A stretch of DNA of 64,000 bases from Coriobacteriia bacterium (GCA_003149935.1 QAMH01000007.1:92603-156602); one strand, 5' to 3'. Numbered from the stretch's first letter, positions 37,728-47,004 are shown. Notes: generated by a model not told the origin, from the sequence alone. A program made the numbers and translations.

Positions 37728-38993
37728 TCAGGCGCATCCCCTTTCGAACTGCATGAAAGCCGGACGAACCGCTTCATTGCGCATGTGCTCCAGCTCCGAT
37801 GCGTTGGCGGAGAGCACCTCGCACATCTTCACGTAGCGCCCGTAGCGCTCCTCGCATGCGGCCCAGTAGCGCTGGCAGGAGGCGTCCTCGGCGCATCTCT
37901 CCAGCACCTCGAACTCGGGCGGGCGACTGCCGTCCATGTAGAGCTGCGACCTGATGACGCTGCGCCTCGTCTGCACCTTGCGCCAGAGCTTCGCGAAGCC
38001 GGGGTCGACCTGGGCGAGGCCGGGCATGTCCAGGGGCTCCCCGTCGGCCCCCAGGATGTCGGGCGCTATGGGCTCGTCGGCCCAGGCGGCCAGCCCGTCG
38101 TCGCATTCGAGCCAGCGCGGAAGGTTCTTCGCGAGGCGGTTGTCGTCGCCGTTCCTGATCCAGTAGTCCTTGGCGTAGGCCGCATACGCGTCGATGATCT
38201 GCTCCGGCTCGAAGCCCGATGCCACCCTGGCCTTCCAGACCTTCAGGCAGTCCCGCTTGAACTTGAGCGACGTGAGCGGCTTGAGCGACAGGGCGCACAG
38301 CCGCTCGAACGGCTCCGGGAACTCGCCCTTCCGGTACTCCCTGAAATCCCCTGCGCCCTTCTCCCCCGGCCTGTCGGCTGGCTCCGAGTCGCAAGAGAGG
38401 GGTTCTTTTAGTTCTTTATCGCCTTTGGGCGATTTATCGGATGAGTAATTTATAGGTGCCGGTTTCCCAGATGTGGGTTTTCCAGATACGGGTTTTCCCG
38501 TTCTGGTTCTGAGTTGGGACGACTTGCCGGTTTCGTCCGTTTCGCAGGTTTCGCCCTCGCGTTCCTCGGCTTTCGCAGAGTCGTTATCGTGAGGGGCTTC
38601 CGGTGACGTTTGGGAATGCTCGAACTCCGACAGCACGGCGAACCCGTCAGCCTTCAGCTCCGCGCACACGTCATCGTGCATCGCCGGGTCGTCGAGGGTT
38701 ACCCAGGTGGCCTCCTCGGCCTTCAGGAAGCGGCCGTTCTCGCTGCGCTTGCGGGCGCGGATGATGTAGCCCGCCGCCTCGAGCTCCTTGATGCCGGCGG
38801 TCACCGCGTCCGCGCCGTCGCGCACGAGCGAGGCGAACCCCTTGATGGTGAACACCCACTCGGGGTTGCCCTCAAGCGAGCGTATCTGGCAGTAGATGCC
38901 CTTGGCCTTCGCCGAGAGGCCGTGGTCGAAGAAGATGGTGTTCTCGACGTGCGTGAAGGAGCCCTTGCCCCTGTGCATAACGTTGCCCATCAC
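37728..38993 (-). CDS. Plasmid/phage-type wHTH protein, putative replication initiator
   Basis: N-terminal wHTH-like region (FTHVENTIFFDHGLSAKAKGIYCQIRSL...AGIKELEAAGYI), a low-complexity linker (GKPVSGKPTSGKPAP), and a start overlapping the parB stop. Confidence 0.55.
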   Translation of the reverse strand: MMGNVMHRGKGSFTHVENTIFFDHGLSAKAKGIYCQIRSLEGNPEWVFTIKGFASLVRDGADAVTAGIKELEAAGYIIRARKRSENGRFLKAEEATWVTLDDPAMHDDVCAELKADGFAVLSEFEHSQTSPEAPHDNDSAKAEEREGETCETDETGKSSQLRTRTGKPVSGKPTSGKPAPINYSSDKSPKGDKELKEPLSCDSEPADRPGEKGAGDFREYRKGEFPEPFERLCALSLKPLTSLKFKRDCLKVWKARVASGFEPEQIIDAYAAYAKDYWIRNGDDNRLAKNLPRWLECDDGLAAWADEPIAPDILGADGEPLDMPGLAQVDPGFAKLWRKVQTRRSVIRSQLYMDGSRPPEFEVLERCAEDASCQRYWAACEERYGRYVKMCEVLSANASELEHMRNEAVRPAFMQFERGCA

Positions 38994-39934
38994 GCACCGC
39001 CCCGTCCGTCGCGGCGAGCCTCCGCCTGCTCCAAGAGCTCAAGCGCCCGGATGATGCGCCCTTCTATCTCGTCCCTGGTGGCAGTGGGGCGGAAGAAGCG
39101 GGCTATGCTCTTGCGCGGTATCTTGAACTGCTCGACCTGGTTGGGCTTCTCCTCCTCCATGATGGAGCGGATCAGCGCCGGTGTGAGCGAGCCCTCCTTC
39201 GAGTAGCGCTTCAGCTTGATGGCCTGGGCGTGCGAGGGCGTTGCCGCCTGCGCCCCGATGGCGTCCAGCAGGTGCTCCTGCTCGCTCTGGGAGAGATGGC
39301 TTACCTCCACAGCGGGGAGCATCTTCATGCGCCCCTCGTCCACGAGGGCAAGAAGACCTGGAATAAGGAAGGTCAACCGTATGAAGCGTTGAATCCTGTC
39401 CTTACTCACGCCGAGCTCTTCGGCCAAAATGTCACGCGACCTCCTGCCGTCTGACTTGTGCGCAAGTTGCGCACAAGTCAGGTCGGTGCGCTGCCCCTGG
39501 CGCTTCATCGCCTCAAGCCGCATCGAGTACGCGAACGCCCGCTCGCTCGGCAGGATGGTCTCCCTCTGGAGGTTCGAGTCCACCATGGCGATTGTGGCCT
39601 CGTCGTCGGTCAAGCTGCGCACGATGCACGGCGCGCTCTCCAACCCCGCCAGCTCCGCCGCACGCGCGCGCCTGTGCCCGCTCACCAGCTCGTAGCGCTC
39701 GGGGCCCGAAGGCCGCACCGTGAGCGGCACCAGCACCCCGTTCTCGGCGATGCTCTCCGCGAGCCGCTCCATCTCCTCGTCGTCGCGCACCTAGAAGGGA
39801 TGGCCCGGGAACGGGTCGATGAGCGAGAGCGGTATGTCGGCCACGCCTGCGAGGGCGGAGCCGTCGCGCTCCTCCTGCGACGTGAACAGCTCGTCCACGC
39901 CGGGCAGCGTTATGGGAACCTTCCTCCTAGCCAC
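38990..39934 (-). pseudogene. parB: ParB-family partition protein with an in-frame TAG
   Basis: ParB box LVSGHRRARAAELAG. The reading frame continues upstream of the ORF-track start through a single TAG at 39791-39793 (...DPFPGHPF*VRDDEEM...) to a GTG at 39934 that overlaps the parA stop. Confidence 0.75.
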
Positions 39935-40712
39935 GGGCGATCACCTCCTCTGCGAGGCGTTCGAAGGCGCGCGCCGCCTTTCCGCGCCCGTCGTAGGAGA
40001 AGATGCTCGTCCCCACGGCGGGAGCCTCGGCAGCGGACACCGCCCGGGGGATGACCGTCTCGAACACGCGGTAGGTCTCCCCGTACTGCTCGCGGATGGC
40101 CCCCTCGACCTCGCGGGCCAGGTTGTTGCGGCTGTCGGAGAGCGTGATGAGTATGCCCTCAACGGTTAGCGACGGGTTGATCTGGCGTCGCACGCGCCCG
40201 ACGGTCTTCAAGAGCGCCGTCATGGCGGAGGCGGGAAGGTACTCGGCCGACACCGGCACGAGCACGCTGTCCGCGGCGACGAGGGCGTTCACCGGGATTA
40301 TCCCGAGCGTCGGCGCGCAGTCGATGAGTATGAAGTCGTAGTCCGCCTTGAGGGGCGAGAGCCACACGTTCATCAGCTGCTCGCGCGACATCGCCATGAG
40401 GATGGGCATCTCCATCCCGGCGAGCTCGATGTTCGCGGGCATGAGGTCGATGCCCTCCTTGTGGGGGAGGATTCCCTCGCGGGGATCGAGCCCCTCGCCC
40501 TCGATAACCGTGTTCAGATGATTCGCGAGCGTGACCTCCAGGGCGTCGGGGTCGCTCCACCCGAGCGACTTGGTGAGGTCGCCCTGCGGGTCGGCGTCCA
40601 CGAGAAGCACGCGCCTCCCGAGGCGCGCGAGCGCCACTCCCAGGCTCAGGGTCGTGGCCGTCTTGCCGGTTCCGCCCTTCTGGTTGGCTACTGCGATCGT
40701 CCTGCATGGCAT
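39927..40712 (-). CDS. parA: ParA-family partition ATPase
   Basis: Deviant Walker A AVANQKGGTGKTATT. Start at ATG 40712 behind a GAAGGAGG RBS (ORF track 40811). Confidence 0.9.
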   Translation of the reverse strand: MPCRTIAVANQKGGTGKTATTLSLGVALARLGRRVLLVDADPQGDLTKSLGWSDPDALEVTLANHLNTVIEGEGLDPREGILPHKEGIDLMPANIELAGMEMPILMAMSREQLMNVWLSPLKADYDFILIDCAPTLGIIPVNALVAADSVLVPVSAEYLPASAMTALLKTVGRVRRQINPSLTVEGILITLSDSRNNLAREVEGAIREQYGETYRVFETVIPRAVSAAEAPAVGTSIFSYDGRGKAARAFERLAEEVIARG

Positions 40713-40788
40713 GTTCCATGCACCTCCTTCTGCGGTTGCCCGCATCTGGAGGTCAGACGGTTCTCGCACGATGTGCGAAAGGCGTGCG

Positions 40789-40798
40789 TTTCGCGAAA
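40789..40798. promoter_or_regulatory. Candidate parS/operator palindrome upstream of parA
   Basis: TTTCGCGAAA is a perfect palindrome. Half-sites TTTCGCG recur at 40910-40916 and 40919-40925. Confidence 0.3.
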
Positions 40799-40944
40799 AT
40801 ACTGGAAGCACACTGGAAAACTCGGGGTTTCAGGAAAAGCGGAGAAGTTGGAAGCGTTTCCCCTGTTTCAAAAACCATGCCTTTGAACTGGGGATTTCTC
40901 GATTGCGCATTTCGCGCGTTTCGCGGGACGCTACCCTGCCAACA

Positions 40945-40955
40945 GCTTGGGAAGC
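40945..40955. repeat. 11-nt core shared by both junctions (att-core candidate, right copy)
   Basis: GCTTGGGAAGC, identical to 25972-25982. Confidence 0.65.
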
Positions 40956-40983
40956 CAGGGCCTTACCACTTGGCGACCCCCGC
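40945..40983 (-). pseudogene. Orphan 5' half of a tRNA-Gly(CCC) gene
   Basis: GCGGGGGTCGCCAAGTGGTAAGGCCCTGGCTTCCCAAGC covers the acceptor 5' strand, the D arm, anticodon-stem strand CTGGC and the loop, then diverges into non-tRNA sequence. Confidence 0.8.
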
Positions 40984-41051
40984 ATGGGTGAGCATTATAC
41001 CGTTCTCCCGCACAGAAGTCTCGAAGTAGGCGGTGCTTTCAGGTGCTATCG

Positions 41052-41690
41052 CTAGCCCTCGTGAATCTCTTCCTTCGTCTTGGGGCGAATCGTGCCCGCG
41101 ATGGGCTTCTCGCCCGGGCGGGCAAGCGGCCTCACCAGCTCGTGGGCCACGTAAGGCTCTTCCAGATAGTCCATCTCCTCCTTGGAGAGCTCGATGTCGA
41201 CCGCCGCCACGGCGTCGTCCACGCGAGACGGCTTCGAGAATCCGAGCGTCGGGCTTTCGACTCCCTTGTTGAGATGCCACGCGATGGCGATCTGGGCCAT
41301 GGGGACGTCGCGGCGCTGTGCAAGCTTCGCGACGCGCTCGATGATGGGGATGTCGAGCGATTTTGCCCGGTCGTACTTGTCGGCCATGGTCAGATCGGTC
41401 TTGCTGCGAAGCGAATCGATATCCCATGCCTTGCGCGTAAGATGGCCCGAAGCCAGAGGGCTATAGGGCGTGAGCGCCATGTCGAACTGGCGGCAGACCG
41501 GTATCATCTCGCGCTCGTTCTCGCGGTAGAGCAGGTTGTAGTGGCATTGCATGTTCGTAAACTTCTCCCAGCCGTTCTGCTCCGCGATGTCCTGCATGTT
41601 GTGGAGCTGGTAGGCGAACATCTAGCTCGCGCCGATGGCGCGCACCTTACCGGCGCGGACCAAGGCATCGAGCGCTTTCGTTTGCGGTGG
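41052..41690 (-). pseudogene. Aldo/keto reductase remnant (N-terminus missing, with an in-frame TAG)
   Basis: ...ALDALVRAGKVRAIGAS*MFAYQL...YNLLYRENEREMIPVC... with TAG at 41622-41624. Similarity fades near 41680-41690. Confidence 0.7.
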
Positions 41691-42007
41691 GCGATCGGGT
41701 GGCGCTCGTGGTGTGCGCCGGAGACACGCGCATAGCGAATCCGAAGTTCAAGACGCGCTTCGGGTGCAAGTCGAAGATGCTGTCTGCCGACGAGGCGGAG
41801 GAGCGCATCGGTCATGCCGTCGGTGGCGTGTGTCCCTTTGGCGTGAAAGACGAGTGCGATGTCTATCTCGACGAGTCCCTGCGCAGGTTCGACATGGTCT
41901 ATCCGGCGTGCGGAAGCTCCAACAGCGCCATCGCGTTGACGCCCGATGAGCTGGCGGCGATTGTTCCCAAAAGCGAATGGGTGGACGTCTGCAAGCTGCC
42001 GGAGTGA
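41687..42007 (+). pseudogene. YbaK/ProX-type aminoacyl-tRNA deacylase remnant (C-terminal ~105 aa only)
   Basis: ...VALVVCAGDTRI...AEERIGHAVGGVCPFGV...VYLDESL... pattern. It lacks the N-terminal third and abuts the AKR remnant head-to-head. Confidence 0.6.
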
Positions 42008-42067
42008 GACACGCCACCTGTTTCGATTGGGCTTTCCCGCGCGGCAATAGGCGAGCCTACGGCTATA

Positions 42068-43285
42068 GTGTGTGCGTACCAAGACGAAGGCGGCCGCGTG
42101 AAAAAGCAAAAAGAGAGCATCTGGAGCTTTCCCTACATCGCGTTGATGATGGTGAACCTCTTCCAGTCTATGGCTGCGTTCATGGCCAACACCACGCTTC
42201 CGGTGTATGCTGACGCGCTGGGAGCATCTCCTTCCATGGTAGGTATAGTGGTGAGCTCGTTTTCCGTGACGGCATTGCTCATCAGGCCCTTCGCGGGCCC
42301 TGCGTTCGACAGCTTCTCGCGCAAGCGTCTGCTCATGGCGTCGCAGTGCATCATATGTGCCTGCATGTTCCTCTACGGTGTGGTGGATTCCCTGCAGGGG
42401 CTTGTCATCGTCAGGCTCGTACACGGCATTGGGATTGGCTGCAGTGGTCCGCTCGCCATGTCGCTCGTATCGGAGTTCCTTCCGGAGTCGAGGTTCGCGA
42501 GCGGAATAAGCATCTATGCCCTGGCGCAGTCGTTCGCGCAGGTGGTCGGTCCGGCAGCGGGGTTGTACCTGGTGAATGCCATCGGCTTTTCACCATCCTA
42601 TTTCCTCGCCGCGGGTTGCCTCCTGGTGGCCATTTGCGGTGTCGGGCTCATACGGGAGCCGTATCGGGAGCGTTTGCGCTACGAGCTGAAACTTGATCGT
42701 ATGTTCGCGCCGGAGGCAGTGGGAAAGGGGGTCGCCCTGATGCTGCTCGCAACCTCGTTTTCGTGCATGGGCGCCTATGTCGTGCTGTATGGCTATTCCG
42801 TGGGAGTTTCCCAGATGGGGGTCTTCTTCATCGTGTACGCCTTCTGCCTGTTGGGGACGCGCCCCCTATTTGGAAGCATGGCTGACAGGTTTGGTGCGCC
42901 GCGCATGCTCGCCGTCGGTATCGCGTTCTTTGCGGCGTCCTACGTTGCGCTTGCCGTCGCGGACAATCTGGTGGCGTTCATCATCGCCGCGATTTTAGGC
43001 TCGGCCGGATTCGGATGCTGCGGTCCGCTGCTCCAATCCGCCGCGTTGGCCTCCGTGCCCCCATCTCGCCGCGGCGCCGCAAGCAATACCGCCTTCACGG
43101 GGCTCGACCTGGGAATGCTCATCGGTCCCATCATCGGGGGCATGGTCATAGAGGCTGCGACGCCGATTCTCGGCAGCCAACCCGAGGCGTATTCGCTCAT
43201 GTGGCTGGCGATGCTCGTACCCGCCATAGGCGCCTCTCTGATTGTCTTGCGTTGGAATCTGCAGCGTCGGCAGGATATGACATAG
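42068..43285 (+). CDS. MFS transporter
   Basis: Polytopic, with MFS-like loop motifs (..RPFAGPAFDSFSRKR..). The start is uncertain: GTG 42068 or GTG 42098. Confidence 0.8.
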   Translation: MCAYQDEGGRVKKQKESIWSFPYIALMMVNLFQSMAAFMANTTLPVYADALGASPSMVGIVVSSFSVTALLIRPFAGPAFDSFSRKRLLMASQCIICACMFLYGVVDSLQGLVIVRLVHGIGIGCSGPLAMSLVSEFLPESRFASGISIYALAQSFAQVVGPAAGLYLVNAIGFSPSYFLAAGCLLVAICGVGLIREPYRERLRYELKLDRMFAPEAVGKGVALMLLATSFSCMGAYVVLYGYSVGVSQMGVFFIVYAFCLLGTRPLFGSMADRFGAPRMLAVGIAFFAASYVALAVADNLVAFIIAAILGSAGFGCCGPLLQSAALASVPPSRRGAASNTAFTGLDLGMLIGPIIGGMVIEAATPILGSQPEAYSLMWLAMLVPAIGASLIVLRWNLQRRQDMT

Positions 43286-43411
43286 TCGCATTATTGGCCG
43301 GTATCTCGCATATCGGCCATTTTTGTGCGTCGCGGCGAATCTTAGACTAGTCAGAAAAGCAAAACGCGGTATTGCGGCCCTTTCGGCCAGGCAAGAGGAA
43401 AGGCCCGGATT

Positions 43412-44884
43412 ATGAGACCAATGGACTTTGCAAAGCGCACGGCGGCCAACAAGCTCGTCGACTACCTCTGCGCAGATCCCGAAAACAACATGAGCAAGGT
43501 GATGGACAAGATCAACGCCATTTGCCCCGACGCCCTGTTTCCCGCGCAGCGCGAGGCGTTCACGAAGGTCATGTCCGATCCCGACAACAACATGTACCAG
43601 CTCATGATGCGGATCATGGATCTCAACCCCGCGGTTCGCAACGACATGATCAAGACCGTCCTGGTCGAGTCCAACCTCATAGCGTGGGGCGTACAGGAGA
43701 AGATGCGCGAGAAGTATCGCTGCAACATCCCCTGGGCCATCCTGCTCGATCCCACGAGCGCCTGTAACCTGCACTGCACGGGTTGCTGGGCCGCGGAGTA
43801 CGGCCACAAGCTCAACCTGAGCTATGACGAGATCGACTCCATCATCCGCCAGGGCAAGGAGCTCGGCGTCCACATCTACATCTACACAGGCGGCGAGCCG
43901 CTGGTGCGCAAGCACGACCTCATCAAGCTCTGTGAGGCGCATCCGGATTGCGCGTTTCTATGCTTCACCAACGCCACGCTCATCGACGAGGAGTTCTGTC
44001 AGGAGATGATTCGCGTCAAGAACTTTATCCCGGCCATCTCGGCCGAGGGCGACGAGGCCGCCACCGATGGGCGCAGGGGCGAGGGTACCTACGCCAAGGT
44101 GGAAGCTGCCATGGATTTGCTGAACAGCCATGGGCTGCCCTTTGGCGTTTCCATTTGCTACACCCACGACAACGCGCCTTCCGTGGCAAGCGACGAGTAC
44201 TTCGACTGGCTCATCGAGAAGGGCGCGTTGTTCGCTTGGATCTTCACCTACATGCCCGTGGGCAAGGACGCCCCCACCTCTCTCATGCCCACGCCCGAAG
44301 ACCGCGAGCGCCTCTACCGCTTCAACCGTCGCATACGCGAGACCAAGCCCATCCTCACTCTGGACTTCCAGCACGATGGCGAGTTCGTGGGCGGATGCAT
44401 CGCCGGTGGCAGACGCTACCTGCACATCAATGCTGCCGGTGACGTCGAACCCTGCGTGTTCATCCACTATTCGAATGCCAATGTCCGCGAGATGTCGCTT
44501 CTCGACTGCCTGCGCTCGCCCATCTTCATGGCCTACTACGAAGGACAGCCCTTCAACGACAATCTGCTGCGACCGTGTCCGATGCTCGAGAATCCCGAGT
44601 GCATCGAGCGCATGGTCGAGGAGACGGGGGCCCACTGCACCGATTTGCAGGCGACCGAAAGCGCTCACGACCTTGCGGAGAAATGCCGACCCGCGGCGCG
44701 CGCGTGGGCGCCGGTGGCAGAAAGGCTCTGGACCGACCCGGATGATCCGCGCGCTGAGCTGCGCAACCGCACTTGCAGCGGCCTGGCCGATAGCGACCTG
44801 GAACGCCTGGGGTATCAAGGGCGCACGATGCACGGCGCCTTCGATCCCGACCGCGACAAGGACTCCATCTTCGCGACAAAATAA
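43412..44884 (+). CDS. Radical SAM protein (490 aa) with Cys-rich C-terminal domain
   Basis: CNLHCTGC (CxxxCxxC) cluster motif and additional downstream Cys residues (GGCIAG...EPCVF...RPCPMLENPEC). Confidence 0.8.
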   Translation: MRPMDFAKRTAANKLVDYLCADPENNMSKVMDKINAICPDALFPAQREAFTKVMSDPDNNMYQLMMRIMDLNPAVRNDMIKTVLVESNLIAWGVQEKMREKYRCNIPWAILLDPTSACNLHCTGCWAAEYGHKLNLSYDEIDSIIRQGKELGVHIYIYTGGEPLVRKHDLIKLCEAHPDCAFLCFTNATLIDEEFCQEMIRVKNFIPAISAEGDEAATDGRRGEGTYAKVEAAMDLLNSHGLPFGVSICYTHDNAPSVASDEYFDWLIEKGALFAWIFTYMPVGKDAPTSLMPTPEDRERLYRFNRRIRETKPILTLDFQHDGEFVGGCIAGGRRYLHINAAGDVEPCVFIHYSNANVREMSLLDCLRSPIFMAYYEGQPFNDNLLRPCPMLENPECIERMVEETGAHCTDLQATESAHDLAEKCRPAARAWAPVAERLWTDPDDPRAELRNRTCSGLADSDLERLGYQGRTMHGAFDPDRDKDSIFATK

Positions 44885-44965
44885 CGGCTGACGCAACGCG
44901 TGTCAGTCGCCCATCGTCACGTATTTGTAACGTCTGCCGGGACTGTCTGCATGCTATTCTTCCTG

Positions 44966-44990
44966 TTAATTGGCTGCACAGGCTAATTAA
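44966..44990. promoter_or_regulatory. Candidate TetR operator
   Basis: TTAATTGGC-TGCACAG-GCTAATTAA imperfect palindrome (8/9), 27 nt upstream of the TetR gene. Confidence 0.35.
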
Positions 44991-45016
44991 ATAGCCGATG
45001 CATCCATGGTTCGTCG

Positions 45017-45613
45017 ATGGGGAGAGTCATGCCGAGACCCCACTACAAAAAGGGCGATGATACCGCCCGTGACAAGTTGGAAGCGGCGTTTTGGGATGCG
45101 CTTGCCGAAGGATCCTACGAGGGCATAAGCGTGGTGGGGCTGTGCCGCGCCGCCGGCGTGAACAAGAACACCTTCTACTACCACTTCGACAACATCGACG
45201 AGCTGGCCCGTGCGGCGGCGGAGTCCCTCGTCGAGACGCAGTTCATCTACACGGTTATCGAGGCGATCAGGGGAGATGCCCAGCTTCCCGACTACCTCTC
45301 GAAGAGCGAGTTCTCGATGCGCCTGGATCGGGTATGCCTCCTGGCCGATGATAGAGCTCCTTCCCAGCTGCGCCGCATGTTACATGACGCCATCCTGAGG
45401 ATGTGGAGCGCCAAGTTGGGCATCGATGTGGACGGGCTCGATTTGCGAGACCGTACGTCCCTGGAGTTCGTCATCGGCGGATTTCTGGGAATCTTCGCGT
45501 ACAGGAGTCGCGAGAGCGGAAGCTTCGACCTGAAGGACATCTGGGGCGCAGATTACCTATATCACGCGTTCGATATCGTGAACAAGCTGGTGGAGGATAG
45601 CCAGCAGACGTGA
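45017..45613 (+). CDS. TetR-family transcriptional regulator
   Basis: HTH region ISVVGLCRAAGVNKNTFYYHFDNIDEL. Confidence 0.8.
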   Translation: MGRVMPRPHYKKGDDTARDKLEAAFWDALAEGSYEGISVVGLCRAAGVNKNTFYYHFDNIDELARAAAESLVETQFIYTVIEAIRGDAQLPDYLSKSEFSMRLDRVCLLADDRAPSQLRRMLHDAILRMWSAKLGIDVDGLDLRDRTSLEFVIGGFLGIFAYRSRESGSFDLKDIWGADYLYHAFDIVNKLVEDSQQT

Positions 45614-45753
45614 GACGCGAGAGCGAGCAAAGCGATGCCGGTTGTCGCGACTACTGGTCGCGCCTGTTTGCCATGACGCTTTTCGGCTAAGTCGGACAGA
45701 GCATCTTGACGAGTTGCGCGAGCGTATCGCAAAGATGTCAGGATGAGGGCCGC

Positions 45754-47004
45754 CTACTCCGTGCTGCGCTTGCGGCCACGCCAGGCAAGTACGGCGAACA
45801 CGACGGCTGCGAGAAACGCGATACCCGCCAGCGTGCCCACGATGGCGATCGTCCTGTCACCGGTTTCGACGAGCGTCATGGTCTTTTCCGTGCCGGTCGT
45901 GTAGGCGTTGATGGTCTCTTCGGCATCCTTCTTGTTCACAGGGTTTTCGAGCATCTCGTCGGTGATCTCGACCGTGTCGTCAACGGCCTCGCCGTTGCCG
46001 GGCGCATCGTCGTTTCCATTCCCGACGAAGTCCTCGACGATCACGTCATCGGGAAGCGTGGTGATGAGGTCGTCATGGTCGAAGATCTGGTCGGGAATCT
46101 CCACGGCATCTGGCAACGTGGTGATCTGATCGTCATAATTGACGTCCCCATCGGGAACTTCCACGGCATCCGGCAAGGTGGTGATCTGGTCGTCGTGGTC
46201 GAAGATGCCATCGGGAATCTCGATGCCATCAGGCAGCGTCGTTGACGAGGGCGTGTAAAGCACGTTGATCACGTTGTTGTCAGGGTCCGTGCCCAGGCGA
46301 ATCTGGGCCGGATACGTGTCGATCACGTAGGTGTCATCAATCTTGTACTCGTAGGCATCGCCCACGATGAGCTTGTCGAAGCGCTGGTTCGTGAAAGTCT
46401 CCGATCCGAGTTTGGTGAACTCGACATCTTGGGGCGCCAGGGCACCGCTCCACGAATCGGCAGTTAGGTCGGCGCCAGTCATAAGATAGTAGTTGACCGT
46501 ATATTCGGAATTCCACAGCCGCACGTAGTTGAGCGTGTAGACGTTTTGGCTCGGATCACGCGACACGACCATCCTGTTGGGCCATCCATCCCAGAAGAAG
46601 TAGCCTGGAATGTCCACGACATAGCTCCAGGCAGTTAGCTCCTGGCCTTCGTGAAAGCCCGAGAGAGTGCGCGTCCCCATGAGGCGAAGGCCATTCTCGT
46701 CTTTGGGTACGTCGGGGTCATCGAACATGACCATCTCGTAGTAGTTGAGCGTGATGGAGCAATTGTCGGCGGGAGAGAGGCCAGCATCTTCGTCGCTAGC
46801 CAGGGTCTGGTCCTGCACTGTTGACGTCGGGACCTCGAGCTCGTTTCCCTGCGTATCCACGACGGTTTGCGTGGGGTTTTCGGCGAAGGCGCTGTAGGCG
46901 CAGTACGCGCTCAGGACAATGCCAATGCACAGGAGCGCAATTGCCGAGACCAGGGTGACCTTGAAGAAACGCATGGAAGTGGGGCCTGAAGCAAGCGTCT
47001 TCAT
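45754..47004 (-). CDS. Cell-surface protein with signal/TM anchor, internal tandem repeats and sortase-type C-terminal sorting signal
   Basis: N-terminal hydrophobic segment. C-terminal LVETG, then a hydrophobic stretch, then an RGRKRSTE tail. Three and a half 20-aa repeats (TLPDxxExPD...DDxIT). Start at ATG 47004 behind an AAGGAGG RBS. Confidence 0.8.
   Translation of the reverse strand: MKTLASGPTSMRFFKVTLVSAIALLCIGIVLSAYCAYSAFAENPTQTVVDTQGNELEVPTSTVQDQTLASDEDAGLSPADNCSITLNYYEMVMFDDPDVPKDENGLRLMGTRTLSGFHEGQELTAWSYVVDIPGYFFWDGWPNRMVVSRDPSQNVYTLNYVRLWNSEYTVNYYLMTGADLTADSWSGALAPQDVEFTKLGSETFTNQRFDKLIVGDAYEYKIDDTYVIDTYPAQIRLGTDPDNNVINVLYTPSSTTLPDGIEIPDGIFDHDDQITTLPDAVEVPDGDVNYDDQITTLPDAVEIPDQIFDHDDLITTLPDDVIVEDFVGNGNDDAPGNGEAVDDTVEITDEMLENPVNKKDAEETINAYTTGTEKTMTLVETGDRTIAIVGTLAGIAFLAAVVFAVLAWRGRKRSTE
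46027..46239. repeat. 60-bp tandem repeat (about 3.5 copies) inside the surface-protein gene
   Basis: Period-60 units such as GCATC(T/C)GGCAA(C/G)GTGGTGATCTG.TCGTC... encode the 20-aa repeats. Confidence 0.8.

Larger units (their letters stand above)
25983..40944. mobile_element. Decayed ~15-kb plasmid-like integrative element inserted in a tRNA-Gly(CCC) anticodon loop, carrying a metabolic cargo operon
   Basis: Bounded by the 11-nt core repeats. An integrase remnant sits at the left end, and AbiEi/AbiEii, a Rep-like wHTH protein, ParB and ParA at the right end. The tRNA halves on the two flanks are complementary. Confidence 0.7.

Noticed and set aside
41504-42424. 306-aa minus-strand ORF spanning the pseudogene junction and the MFS gene start
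   Set aside because: It has no family similarity and runs antisense to the YbaK remnant and the MFS gene, with wrong-frame GC-rich composition.
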